Positions 1 through 9,224 of a stretch of DNA of 64,000 nucleotides are shown here, piece by piece; position 1 is the stretch's first letter, and each line of letters starts with the position of its first letter. The notes below the pieces were generated by a model. The model saw nothing but the letters and a program-made list of their open reading frames with translations. It made no database searches and had not been told where the DNA came from. Source of the DNA: an uncultured Thalassospiraceae bacterium (GTDB lineage: Bacteria; Pseudomonadota; Alphaproteobacteria; Rhodospirillales; 2-02-FULL-58-16); NCBI GenBank assembly GCA_964632795.1, contig CAZWEZ010000003.1, positions 3,922-67,921 of the forward strand, read 5' to 3'. The translations under genes and the position numbers were made by a program.

Positions 1-1620
1 TTGGTCGGCGTCATCGGCGGGCTGGGCGGTTTCTCTCTGCCCATCATGTTCGGTATCGCCGCCGACGCGACGGGCGTGCGCAGCAGTACCTTCATGCTGA
101 TGTTCGCCATTCTCGCGGGGGTCATGATCTGGATTTGGCTGGCGGCCAGGCAAGAGCGCCTGGAAATGCTGGAAGGGGATCCGGAATACCGAGAACAGGT
201 GTTCCGGGAAGAAGTGCTAGCGGCGGTGCAGCGCAGGCACAGTTGGTTGAGGGATTGGCGCCCGGAGGATGAAGCCTTCTGGGAGGAGACCGGGCGGGGC
301 ATCGCCCTACGCAACCTGATCTTTTCCATGCCGCCGTTGCTGTTGTCCTTCGCGGTGTGGATGGTGTGGAGCGTGGTGGTCGTCGAATTGCCTCGTATCG
401 GGTTTCAGTTCACGACAAGCGAGCTCTTCTGGCTGGCCGGCGCCCCGGGCATTTCGGGCGCCGTACTGCGGCTCCTCTATTCCTTCGTCGTGCCCGTATT
501 TGGCGGCAGAAACTGGACCATCTTCAGCACCGCATCCCTGCTGATTCCGACCTTGTGGATGTCCTTGGCCGTGCAGGATCCGGGCACCGATTACGTTGTG
601 TTCGTTGTCATCGCGCTGCTGTGTGGGCTGGGCGGCGGCAATTTCTCCGCCAGCATGGCCAATATCAGCTTCTTCTTTCCCAAGCGCATGCAGGGCACTG
701 CCCTGGGCTGGAACGCCGGGGTCGGCAATCTCGGCGTCGGCCTGGTGCAGGCGCTGGTGCCCCTGATGATCTACATCGGCGCCTTCACCATCATGGGCGG
801 CGAGGCCCAGACTTATGTGGATGGCGACTTGGTGAGCAAGGTCTGGTTGCAGAATGCCGGTTTCACTTGGATTCCGTTTATCCTGGGCGCCACCATTGCC
901 TCTGCCTTGTACCAGAACAACATTCGCGCGGCTCGCGCGACGTTTAGCGAACAGCTCGTGATCTTTCGCCGCAAGCACGCTTGGCTGCTGGCCTGGCTCT
1001 ACACCGGAACCTTCGGCTCCTTCATCGGATTCGCGGCCGCCTTCCCGATCCTTCTCACGGCGCTGTTCCCCGAGGAGGGGATCGCCAAGTGGGCCTTTGT
1101 TGGACCGGTACTGGGCGCTTTGGTCCGTCCGTTCGGGGGGTGGCTGTCCGACCGCCTTGGCGGGGCCAGGGTTACGTTCTGGAACTTCGCCGTCATGGTG
1201 GCGGCGATAATGGGAGCATTGATGTTCCTGCCTTCGGGGTCCGGTGGCAACGAGGTTGCCTGGTTCTTCGCCGCCTTCATGCTGATCTTTATCACCACGG
1301 GTATCGGCAACGGGTCGGTATTCCGGGTGGTGTCGACCGTTTTCCTGACCTTGCACCAGCGCCGGGCCAAGGGGAAAGGCAAGGCCGCGCAGGACGCGGC
1401 GATTTCCGAGGGCGAGATCGAAGCCTCCGTCGCCTTGGGTTTCACCGCCGCCATCGCGGCGCTCGGGTTGTTCTTCATACCGGCGATGGTCGCCATTTCC
1501 ATCGGGGCCACGGGCACCCCCAGGGCTGCCATGATGTTCTTCACCGTATTCATCGCGACGTGCCTGTTCGTGACCTGGTGGTGGTACCGGCGCGAAGGGG
1601 CGGAGGCCAGGTGCGACTAA
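1..1620 (+). CDS. narK: NarK-family nitrate/nitrite MFS transporter, 5'-truncated by the window edge. The visible part is the last helix of an upstream MFS module, a hydrophilic linker, then a complete NarK module (NarK1-NarK2-type fusion).
   Basis: The frame is open from nt 1. Residues 1-50 are a hydrophobic MFS-like tail (GGLGGFSLPIMFG), followed by a linker and then WRPEDEAFWEETGRGIALRNL plus about 12 hydrophobic segments. NarK motifs GGGNFSASMANISFFFPKRMQGTALGWNAGVGNLG and GIGNGSVFR are present. It is an obvious paralog of the next ORF. Confidence 0.8.
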   Translation: MVGVIGGLGGFSLPIMFGIAADATGVRSSTFMLMFAILAGVMIWIWLAARQERLEMLEGDPEYREQVFREEVLAAVQRRHSWLRDWRPEDEAFWEETGRGIALRNLIFSMPPLLLSFAVWMVWSVVVVELPRIGFQFTTSELFWLAGAPGISGAVLRLLYSFVVPVFGGRNWTIFSTASLLIPTLWMSLAVQDPGTDYVVFVVIALLCGLGGGNFSASMANISFFFPKRMQGTALGWNAGVGNLGVGLVQALVPLMIYIGAFTIMGGEAQTYVDGDLVSKVWLQNAGFTWIPFILGATIASALYQNNIRAARATFSEQLVIFRRKHAWLLAWLYTGTFGSFIGFAAAFPILLTALFPEEGIAKWAFVGPVLGALVRPFGGWLSDRLGGARVTFWNFAVMVAAIMGALMFLPSGSGGNEVAWFFAAFMLIFITTGIGNGSVFRVVSTVFLTLHQRRAKGKGKAAQDAAISEGEIEASVALGFTAAIAALGLFFIPAMVAISIGATGTPRAAMMFFTVFIATCLFVTWWWYRREGAEARCD

Positions 1621-1678
1621 CCGGGCGTCGGGCGGCCGGGCGGAGAGCGGGAACAAACAACAGCAATTGGGAAACGAG

Positions 1679-3295
1679 ATGACCGACATAACGAGATGGG
1701 AAATCGAAGATAAAGCTTTCTGGGACACCACCGGAAAGCCCATTGCCAACCGGAATCTTTGGATCTCGATCCCCAGCCTGCTGTGCGGATTTGCGGTCTG
1801 GCTGTACTGGGGCATCATCACGGTGCAAATGCTCAACCTGGACTTCCCCTTCTCCAAGTCAGAGTTGTTCACGCTCTCCGCCATCGCCGGCTTCACCGGG
1901 GCGACGTTGCGGATTCCCAGCACCTTTTTCATCCGCATCGCCGGCGGGCGGAACACCATCTTTTTCACCACCGCGCTTTTGATGATTCCGGCCATCGGCA
2001 CGGGTTTCGCCCTTCAGGACAAGGGGACACCGCTTTGGATGTTCCAGGTGCTGGCGCTGTTTTCCGGATTCGGGGGCGGAAATTTCGCCTCTTCCATGTC
2101 CAACATCAGCTTCTTTTTTCCCAAGCGCATGCAGGGACTGGCCTTGGGCTTGAACGCGGGACTCGGCAACGCCGGCGTGACGACCATGCAAATCCTGGTG
2201 CCGCTGGTGATGACCTTCGGGCTGTTCGGACCGTTCGCAGGCGAACCGATGATCCTCGAGAGCACGTCGGGCACCCTGGTCGGCAAGATCCCGGCGGGCA
2301 CGGAAACCTGGATCGCCAACGCCGGGTTCGTCTGGCTGCTGATACTGATCCCCCTGGCCTTCGCCGGCTGGTTCGGCATGAACAACATCCGGACCGACGA
2401 AGTAACCCCCGAGATCGCCGGCGGCACGGTGGGCGCTTTAGCCCGCATCATGTCGATGCTTGTGGTCGGGTTTCTCACCGCCGTCGTTGGCCTCTATTTC
2501 ATTCTTCCCCAGCCGTTCGGATTGGGCATGCCGGGCTGGACCAAGTGGTTCGTGCTGCTTGGCGTCATCGTCGCCACGGTGGCGCTGCTTTATTACGTAT
2601 GCTTTTTCGTCAGAGACAACCTTCGGCGCCAGTACGGAATCTTCCACAATAAGCAAACCTGGGTCATGAGCGTCATCTATACCATGACCTTCGGTTCCTT
2701 CATCGGCTACTCGGCGGCTTTTCCCTTGGCGATCAAGGTTATTTTCGGCTTCCAGCATATCGAGGTGGGCGGCATCATCAGCCATGACACCATCAACCCG
2801 AACGGCCCAAGCGCCCTGATGTACGCCTGGATGGGACCTTTCATCGGCGCCTTTATCCGCCCTGTCGGCGGCTGGATTTCGGACAAGGTGGGCGGGGCGA
2901 AGGTCACTCAGGTCATCACCATCATGATGATCCTGAGCGCGCTTGGCGTCGCCTACTTCATGAAGGCCGCCTACGTTTCGGCGACGCCGGAGGAATACTT
3001 CGTTCCGTTCTTCCTGCTTTTCCTGGTGCTGTTCGCCGGCACCGGCATCGGCAACGGTTCGACGTTTCGCACCATCGCCATGATCTTCCCCAAGGAGCAG
3101 GTAGGACCTTCTCTGGGCTGGACTTCCGCGGTAGCCGCCTACGGCGCCTTCATCATACCCCAGGTCTTCGGGGAGCAGATCAAGGCGGCGACACCGCAGT
3201 ACGCCCTGTACGGGTTCGCCATCTATTATGGCATCTGCCTGGTGCTGAACTGGTGGTACTACCTTGGGCCGAAGAGGGCGTTCGACAACCCATAA
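1679..3295 (+). CDS. narK: NarK-family nitrate/nitrite transporter (free-standing copy)
   Basis: ITRWEIEDKAFWDTTGKPIANRNLW, GGGNFASSMSNISFFFPKRMQGLALGLNAGLGNAG and GTGIGNGSTFR, with about 12 hydrophobic segments. The ORF opens at TTG 1667 and the first ATG is at 1679. Confidence 0.85.
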   Translation: MTDITRWEIEDKAFWDTTGKPIANRNLWISIPSLLCGFAVWLYWGIITVQMLNLDFPFSKSELFTLSAIAGFTGATLRIPSTFFIRIAGGRNTIFFTTALLMIPAIGTGFALQDKGTPLWMFQVLALFSGFGGGNFASSMSNISFFFPKRMQGLALGLNAGLGNAGVTTMQILVPLVMTFGLFGPFAGEPMILESTSGTLVGKIPAGTETWIANAGFVWLLILIPLAFAGWFGMNNIRTDEVTPEIAGGTVGALARIMSMLVVGFLTAVVGLYFILPQPFGLGMPGWTKWFVLLGVIVATVALLYYVCFFVRDNLRRQYGIFHNKQTWVMSVIYTMTFGSFIGYSAAFPLAIKVIFGFQHIEVGGIISHDTINPNGPSALMYAWMGPFIGAFIRPVGGWISDKVGGAKVTQVITIMMILSALGVAYFMKAAYVSATPEEYFVPFFLLFLVLFAGTGIGNGSTFRTIAMIFPKEQVGPSLGWTSAVAAYGAFIIPQVFGEQIKAATPQYALYGFAIYYGICLVLNWWYYLGPKRAFDNP

Positions 3296-3646
3296 TACCA
3301 ACCTGCGTGGATAAACACCCATTGTGATGGCGTGTCGATTTCGGCAACCGGCCGGCCGGCAACCCCCCCGTGGGGCATCAACCTGTTTATTTGGTATCGC
3401 GTCGGCGGCCCTGTGTACCGAAATGAAAGGGTTTGTCGAACATCGGTCCAAACTTCCTGAGCGCCGATAGGGGAATGGATTTCGCGAGCTACAATTCGTC
3501 CACCGGGAGACCGTCGCTCGTGGCAAGATGATCGTCCCCAGTCGAGGGCACTGTTAACGGCTACCTATGGCTCTGCGACCTTTTTGAGCCTGGTCGCCTT
3601 CTCACCAGTTCGCCAAAGGACGTTCCAATGCTAGCTGCGCTCGTCC

Positions 3647-3810
3647 GAATGTCCGGTTTTGATGCTGTGGACGGCTCCCACCACCGGCATCGCAATGTGC
3701 CAAAGTGCGGTTGCTGTTGCGGAGCGGCTTGAGTCTGCTTATGGCTATCAGCAGCGGTTCCAGGCTACCACAGGTCACGTCCGCTTACCTACAGCAAGCC
3801 GACCTTCAAG
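3647..3810 (+). repeat. Dispersed ~165-bp repeat, copy A (full length)
   Basis: It aligns by eye along its whole length with the reverse complement of 20628-20790. Shared blocks are gtggacggctcccacca, cggcatcgc, ggctatcagc, ccaggctaccacag and agccgac. Its 3' half also matches 18769-18836. Confidence 0.75.
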
Positions 3811-3896
3811 CCCAGTTCGACCGCTTAGGGGCCGACAACGGACCATCTTCGGCGCGGTCCAGATAGTCCGGAGGTGACCCGAAGCTGACTCTAGCC

Positions 3897-4085
3897 TTGC
3901 CGAAGGTGGTGGAGCATTGGTCATTGATGACGTTACGGGAGAAGCTAGTCAAGATCGGGGCTAAAGTGGTCCGCCATGGCCGATACGTCACGTTCCAATT
4001 GGCCGAGGTGGCGGTGCCCCGGAACCTGTTTCGGGAAATCTTGCGGCGGATCGATGAATTGCGACGAAGACCCGCTCCGGCGTAG
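3897..4085 (+). mobile_element. IS1380-family transposase C-terminal fragment (IS remnant)
   Basis: The 62-aa ORF WSLMTLREKLVKIGAKVVRHGRYVTFQLAEVAVPRNLFREILRRIDELR matches the characteristic C-terminal end of IS1380-family transposases. No upstream transposase body is present. Confidence 0.7.
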
Positions 4086-4348
4086 GCCGAGGAAATCGAC
4101 GGCAAGGTGAAAATGATGGGAAAGGTGCGTCTGGATGACAGAAAATATGGGCAAATGGCCTTCCGGACACAGTAAAACCGAAAAATCAGGCCATCGGTTG
4201 GCTGCGGAGAAAATTCCGTTCCCTCGATGGTGACACTGAGGTATGATTTCCGCGAACCTGGAGGTTATCTGGGGAATGTCGGCTTACACCACGCCCAGGG
4301 ACACGACCCAGCCGTCTCACGCTGTGGCCAAAATGGAGAAAGGAAAAG

Positions 4349-4966
4349 ATGATCAATATCAACAATGCTACGCACGAACACATTTGCCCAGGCTCGCATG
4401 GCCATGCGTTCGAGGTGAAGAAAGGCGAATACTTTCGTTTTACCGACCTGGCAGGCCAGCAACCGGTCGATTTCTGGGCATTCAACAAGCAAGATCCGAT
4501 GGAGCACCTCTCGGTTTGTCATACACGGGTCGCGAATCTCAGCATGGAGGTCAAGCCGGGACAGTCCGCAGTCACGTCGAAACGCCGGCCTATCGTGACG
4601 ATGATCGAGGACAACTCCCCGGGACAGCACGACATGCTGCTGGCCGCTTGTGACATCACGCGTTTTGAGACGCTCGGCCACGAAGGCTATCATCGCAACT
4701 GTCAGGACAACATGCATGAGGCGCTCGGTAAACTCGGCATCGAGCTACCCTTCTCGCCCCAGCCATGGAACCTCTTCACTCACTTCCCTTGGACGTCGGA
4801 CAAGAGGATCGAACTGCTTTCACCAGATACGAAGCCAGGCGATAGCATCGTGTTCCGGGCGGAGATGGATTGCATTGTCGCGATCTCAGCCTGCCCGCAG
4901 GACGTCACCCGGATTTGCGGCGACGAGAACACGGACGTCAAGGTTGAAGTCGGAGTCGTCAAATAG
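4349..4966 (+). CDS. DUF1989 (urea-carboxylase-associated-type) family protein
   Basis: GHAFEVKKGEYFRFTDLAGQQPVDFWAF...HDMLLAACD...KPGDSIVFRAEMDCIVAISACPQD matches the DUF1989 beta-barrel family pattern. The RBS-like sequence aaaggaaaag lies upstream of the ATG. Confidence 0.7.
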   Translation: MININNATHEHICPGSHGHAFEVKKGEYFRFTDLAGQQPVDFWAFNKQDPMEHLSVCHTRVANLSMEVKPGQSAVTSKRRPIVTMIEDNSPGQHDMLLAACDITRFETLGHEGYHRNCQDNMHEALGKLGIELPFSPQPWNLFTHFPWTSDKRIELLSPDTKPGDSIVFRAEMDCIVAISACPQDVTRICGDENTDVKVEVGVVK

Positions 4967-5119
4967 TTCAGCTGAAAGATGGGTTCAAAACCCTAAGAGC
5001 CTATCCGAATAACCCTTTATTTGCCAATTTGAGTATTCCTTCCAACCAGATTTAGGGGTCCTTTGGGGGCCGTTGGCGTTGGAGGACGTTGGCGGCGCGG
5101 TAGATGTCGAGGCCGGAGG

Positions 5120-5545
5120 TCACTTCTTGTCATCCGATTCAGCCAGGGTCTGAAACAACTCCAGTAGGCGATCCAGGATCTCTTCGGAGCAGGCGGAGAA
5201 GGCCCGAACGAGTTCAAGCGTTTCCCGCTTGGTACTCAACTGATTCTTGAACTTGCTGCGGCCTCCAGCACCTTCAAAGAACCACTCGACCGGAACACCA
5301 AGGATGCAGGATAATTCCCACAGCCTGGAGGCCCCTATTCGGCTGGTTCCTCGCTCGTACTTATGGATTTGTTGGATGGTTATGCCGACGCGTTTCCCAA
5401 GATCATCCTGGATCATGCCCGCCAATATCCGATGCTCACGGAGCCGCCGGCCGACATGAACATCGACAGCTCGGGGACCATCTCGATAGACAACGTGATC
5501 GTGGCGCTTCCTGATCTTCACTTTTGGTTCCATCTTCGATGCCAT
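5120..5545 (-). CDS. XRE-family helix-turn-helix transcriptional regulator
   Basis: VGRRLREHRILAGMIQDDLGKRVGITIQQIHKYERGTSRIGASRLWELSCILGVPVEWFF is a classic Cro/C1-type HTH. The ORF extends to 5620, and I chose the start at MASKMEPK (5545). The start is uncertain. Confidence 0.7.
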   Translation of the reverse strand: MASKMEPKVKIRKRHDHVVYRDGPRAVDVHVGRRLREHRILAGMIQDDLGKRVGITIQQIHKYERGTSRIGASRLWELSCILGVPVEWFFEGAGGRSKFKNQLSTKRETLELVRAFSACSEEILDRLLELFQTLAESDDKK

Positions 5546-5934
5546 GACGCCCTCTACCTGCCTTTTCTCCACTCCCCCGGCGGCACGAACTCGCCCTGCC
5601 ACGTCACGACCCCCGGCCATCTCCGAACGACGGCGAGGGGGTGTTTCCCTAAGCCTCGACCCGCTTGAACAGCTTCATATCGATCCAGGTGTCCGGTTCC
5701 GCTGCACGATTTGTGCCAGCGGAAATAACCCTGTTATTTGGGCTGAATGGGGGATCGGGTGAGGGTGGATTCCGAGATTTCGGAATCTCCGTGGGGCTGT
5801 GATCCGGCGTTTCGGAAACCGGTTGGGGAAGAGGCCCCGGGGTCGGTCCGGAGGCGGCTATAGGCGTCTTGGATCACATGGTAATGCTCACTCGGCGTAG
5901 CTCCGGATGGCGATGATTGCTCAATCAAGCGGCG

Positions 5935-6002
5935 AGGTCAAACAGGCCTGCCCCCACGAACGATACCATTTTTTAATTAGACCGAGTACCTCTGGGAAGG
6001 CC
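5935..6002 (+). repeat. ~68-bp dispersed repeat, copy 1 (24-bp perfect core ggcctgcccccacgaacgatacca)
   Basis: The core at 5945-5968 is identical to 24494-24517. The flanks align without gaps, with scattered mismatches, out to gggaaggcc. Both copies are in the same orientation. Confidence 0.7.
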
Positions 6003-6157
6003 GAATGTCGCCTCTTGGCAACCGGGCATTTCCCCTTCAAATGACCGCTGTCGGACTCACAGCGGACCCGTGTTGAGGCTGACGATTTCGGTGACTGTTA
6101 ACGCGAAGCTACCATTTGTCCACGACACAGCCGCTGCACGGTGCTACAATAACAACC

Positions 6158-6583
6158 ATGGCTATCGTTGATCCTAACCGCCAGCGAATAACATCGCCGA
6201 CGATCGGCGACCGGTATCATCCCGATTTCTGTTCTGACGGCTGGTCGGCTCGCGGTGAAATGTATGTTGGCGGGCAGATCCCGATTGCGGCCGATGATAC
6301 GGTTTTGGCGCCGGGTGATGTCGAGGGGCAGGCAAGTTTTGTCTTTGACCGTCTGCGCAGTGTGTTGCGGGAAGGCGGCGCAGATCTCGACGATCTCGTG
6401 AAGCATAACCTCTTCCTCGTCGACGATTCGGGATTGGCCGACGTTGCTGAGAACTTCCACAGAATATCGCAAGTATGGAGCGAAATGGCGCCGGACGCTT
6501 GCCCCGCGATGACGCCCATGCGCGTACACGAACTGCCGGTGACCGGAGCCCTGGTCCAGACCGATGGAATCGCGCTGAAGTGA
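6158..6583 (+). CDS. RidA/YjgF/TdcF (endoribonuclease L-PSP) family protein
   Basis: MYVGGQIPIAADDTVLAPGDVEGQASFVFDRLRSVLREGGADLDDLVKHNLFL is the typical Rid-family core. The ORF opens at TTG 6116 and the first ATG is at 6158. Confidence 0.7.
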   Translation: MAIVDPNRQRITSPTIGDRYHPDFCSDGWSARGEMYVGGQIPIAADDTVLAPGDVEGQASFVFDRLRSVLREGGADLDDLVKHNLFLVDDSGLADVAENFHRISQVWSEMAPDACPAMTPMRVHELPVTGALVQTDGIALK

Positions 6584-6626
6584 ATCCGCATCGACCAAAC
6601 AGATCAAGCAAAGGGAGGAAGCATAA

Positions 6627-7529
6627 ATGATCAGCAACCCTGTGCCCTGGCCCGATGGCGCGAAATGCGCGTGTGCCATTACCTTTGACATCGACACCGA
6701 TAGCATTCTGCATCTCGAACATGGCGATCGCGCGCCGACAATGCTGTCGACCATGTCGTGGCTGAAATATGACGAGGTCGCGGTTCCGCGGATTCTAGAG
6801 ATGTACCGGCGCTACGAGATAAAGCAGACATTCTTCTATCCGGCGTGGTGCATGGAACGCTATCCGGCTTTGGTCGACATGATTCTCAAGGATGGCCATG
6901 AGATCGCGGCACATGGCTACCTTCACGAGAATCCGAACCAACAGAGCAAAGAGAAAGAACTCTATTGGTTTGAACGGCAAATAGAGACCATTCGCAAAAT
7001 GACCGGACAGAAACCTCGCGGATGGCGCGCGCCGCTCTACAATTTCTCAATATACTCGCTCGACAACCTGATCGATCAGGGGGTGATCTACGACGCCAGT
7101 CTGATGGGCGACGATATTCCCTACGTTTTGCGAACGTCATCGGGCCAGGTCATCGAGCTGCCGAGCCATTGGGGAATGGACGACTGGCCGCACTACACCC
7201 ACTCAATCGATATGAACTACATGATGCCAATCAAGGCGCCCAACGAGGCAATGAATGTCTTTATGTCGGAATTCGAGGCCATGTACGAATATGGCGGTCT
7301 CTGGGTGACGACCTGGCACCCATTTGTCTCCGGCCGGCTGGCGCGATGCGCCCGGATCGCAAAGATGATCGAGGAGATGCAGAACCGTGGCGGCGTCTGG
7401 TTCGCGACCCTGGAAGAGATCGCCAAACACGTTCAAAAATGCATCGACGACGGCTCCTGGACACCCCGGATCGACGACCTTCCGTACTATAAAGAACGGA
7501 TTCCGGAATTGCCGGAAGCAGCCGAATAA
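6627..7529 (+). CDS. Polysaccharide deacetylase / PuuE-like divalent-metal hydrolase family protein
   Basis: PWPDGAKCACAITFDIDTDS...EIAAHGYLHE...WRAPLYNFS matches the NodB-fold deacetylase pattern. A strong RBS (ggaggaagcataa) precedes the ATG. Confidence 0.7.
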   Translation: MISNPVPWPDGAKCACAITFDIDTDSILHLEHGDRAPTMLSTMSWLKYDEVAVPRILEMYRRYEIKQTFFYPAWCMERYPALVDMILKDGHEIAAHGYLHENPNQQSKEKELYWFERQIETIRKMTGQKPRGWRAPLYNFSIYSLDNLIDQGVIYDASLMGDDIPYVLRTSSGQVIELPSHWGMDDWPHYTHSIDMNYMMPIKAPNEAMNVFMSEFEAMYEYGGLWVTTWHPFVSGRLARCARIAKMIEEMQNRGGVWFATLEEIAKHVQKCIDDGSWTPRIDDLPYYKERIPELPEAAE

Positions 7530-7732
7530 CTGGGAAGCGAGCTCGTCACCCAGCCGCGCGGCCGCGCCTACGGCCTGCTCAGCGTCCTTCTCTTGCCCGG
7601 CGATACCCTGCCCGGGCCGCCTGCCATGGCCGTATCTTCGCCATCCCGATGCTCTTGCTTGCCATCCAGGCCGTGCTCGTCGTTGCCTTCGCGCGGGTGC
7701 CCGACATGGATTCTACGAAGGTCGAAAATGGC

Positions 7733-7781
7733 CTAGTGTCCTGGATCCTAAATGCCACGAACTTAGGATCCAGGGCACTAG
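7733..7781. terminator. 19-bp-stem hairpin between convergent genes. It is also a compact member of the repeat family seen at 53895-54160.
   Basis: ctagtgtcctggatcctaa (7733-7751) pairs with ttaggatccagggcactag (7763-7781) with one mismatch and an 11-nt loop. It overlaps the stop of the minus-strand amidohydrolase gene. The core cctaaatgccacgaacttagga recurs at 54128-54149. Confidence 0.5.
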
Positions 7782-9220
7782 TGAACCGGCAGACAGAACG
7801 GGGCTATTTCGTCGGCCGTTCGCTTCGCCCAATCCATGTCGGGCACCCGCGCGAGGGCGCGTTCCTGCCCGGCTTGCAAACGGTCCAGGGCGTCGTTCTG
7901 ATCGATCGTCTGGACCTCGCCGTCCTTGACCATCAGCTCGCCGCCGACATAGACATCGCGGATCGCGGCGGCGACGCCGGAATAGACCAGGGTCTTCAGC
8001 GGATCGCGCAGCGGCCGCATCGATGGATGGGCGAGATCGACGAGCACGATATCCGCCGTCGCGCCGGCCGAGAGGCGGCCGAGATCGTCCCGGTTGAGCG
8101 CTTTGGCCGCGCCCAGAGTCGCAATCTCGAAGACATCCTGGGTCTTGAGCAGGTCGACGTGGCCGGCGGCGACCTTCGAGATCAAGCCCGCGATCCGCAT
8201 CTCCTCGATCATGTCGTGGGGATAGCAATCGGTGCCGAGCGCCATGTTGATCCCGGCCGCGCGATAGCCGCCGAGGCTGCGCATCATGTCGCCCCACTGC
8301 GCGAAGGCGCGGGCGCAGTGCACCACCGTCGCGCCGGAGCGGGCTAACCGCTCGAGGTCCTGCTTCTCGTGGTGGTTCACCCACGGGTGCTGATCGATAT
8401 TTATCACATGACCAAGGAGCACGTTCGAACCCAGCACGCCGATGTCGTCGAGCCATTCGATCGGCGTCTTGCCGGTGCGGCGGACCATCTCACGGAACTC
8501 CATGACCGACTGGGCGGCATGGGTATGCAACGGAATGCCGCGGGTTTCGGCAGCTTCCTTGCACTTCAAGAACAGCTCTTCGGTACAGGTATCGGCCTGC
8601 GCGGCACCGACCATGCCATGCAACCGCCCGCTCGGGTGCCGCTCCGCTTCGTCAATCACCTCCAGCGCCTTGTCGAGATTGGCGAGGCCCTCGCTTTCGT
8701 GCCAGGTATAGGCGAGCGTCTTGCCGTCCGGCGTGTGCCAGTGTCCGGACTGTATCATCGGACAGGCATAGGTGCGGATCCCGATCTCGGCGAGGCAGTC
8801 GATCCAACCTGGGAACGGCAGGCCCGAGCAGTAGAGCTCGGCCATGGTGGTACAGCCGCTCTTCAGCAGGTCGCAGGCCGAGGCCTGGGTCGCGGCGATG
8901 GCCGAATCGTCGTCTTCCTGGAGGAGCCAAGTGTATTCGAGGAGCTGCGTCATCCACATATGCTTGCTGGCGAGGTCCTCGAAGAAACCTTTGCCGTGCA
9001 TTTCCATATAGGCGTGGAGGTGCAGGTCGAGGAGGCCTGGCAGGACGAGTCGGTCGCGGCCGTCGATCGTGTCGGTCGCGCCACCCTCGTAGTCTTTGCC
9101 GACAAACGTTATCTTACTGCCGGTGAACGCCACGTCGGCCCCTTTGAGGTAAGTGTGACCGCCGCTCGTCGCGTCGTAAGCCACGACCCAATCGGCGTTC
9201 TTGATAACCGTCGTGTTCAT
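7778..9220 (-). CDS. Amidohydrolase-superfamily deaminase/chlorohydrolase-type enzyme
   Basis: NADWVVAYD...LVLPGLLDLHLHAYME (HxH metal motif) and ...LGTDCYPHD. The length (480 aa) and layout are typical of the guanine/atrazine/MTA-deaminase group. The RBS gaggaggg is upstream. Confidence 0.8.
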   Translation of the reverse strand: MNTTVIKNADWVVAYDATSGGHTYLKGADVAFTGSKITFVGKDYEGGATDTIDGRDRLVLPGLLDLHLHAYMEMHGKGFFEDLASKHMWMTQLLEYTWLLQEDDDSAIAATQASACDLLKSGCTTMAELYCSGLPFPGWIDCLAEIGIRTYACPMIQSGHWHTPDGKTLAYTWHESEGLANLDKALEVIDEAERHPSGRLHGMVGAAQADTCTEELFLKCKEAAETRGIPLHTHAAQSVMEFREMVRRTGKTPIEWLDDIGVLGSNVLLGHVINIDQHPWVNHHEKQDLERLARSGATVVHCARAFAQWGDMMRSLGGYRAAGINMALGTDCYPHDMIEEMRIAGLISKVAAGHVDLLKTQDVFEIATLGAAKALNRDDLGRLSAGATADIVLVDLAHPSMRPLRDPLKTLVYSGVAAAIRDVYVGGELMVKDGEVQTIDQNDALDRLQAGQERALARVPDMDWAKRTADEIAPFCLPVH

Positions 9221-9224
9221 CGCA

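Noticed and set aside
307-2001. 564-aa minus-strand ORF across the NarK genes. The same applies to 13909-15828, 47366-49564 and 62532-63869 (minus strand) and 47602-49716 (plus strand, alternative frame).
   Set aside because: All are frame-shadow ORFs typical of high-GC DNA. They have biased R/G/P/H composition and no motifs, and each overlaps a well-supported gene on the other strand or in another frame.
4975-5005. gggttcaaaaccc, a tRNA T-arm-like motif after the DUF1989 gene
   Set aside because: No acceptor, D or anticodon arms can be drawn around it. It is just a short 5-bp hairpin downstream of a stop codon.
5945-5968. The repeat core ends in ...gatacca; considered as a tRNA 3'-end (CCA) att site for an integrative element
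   Set aside because: Working back from the CCA, the preceding bases do not form a T-stem or T-loop (there is no TTCRA loop and no complementary 5-bp stems). No integrase gene lies nearby.
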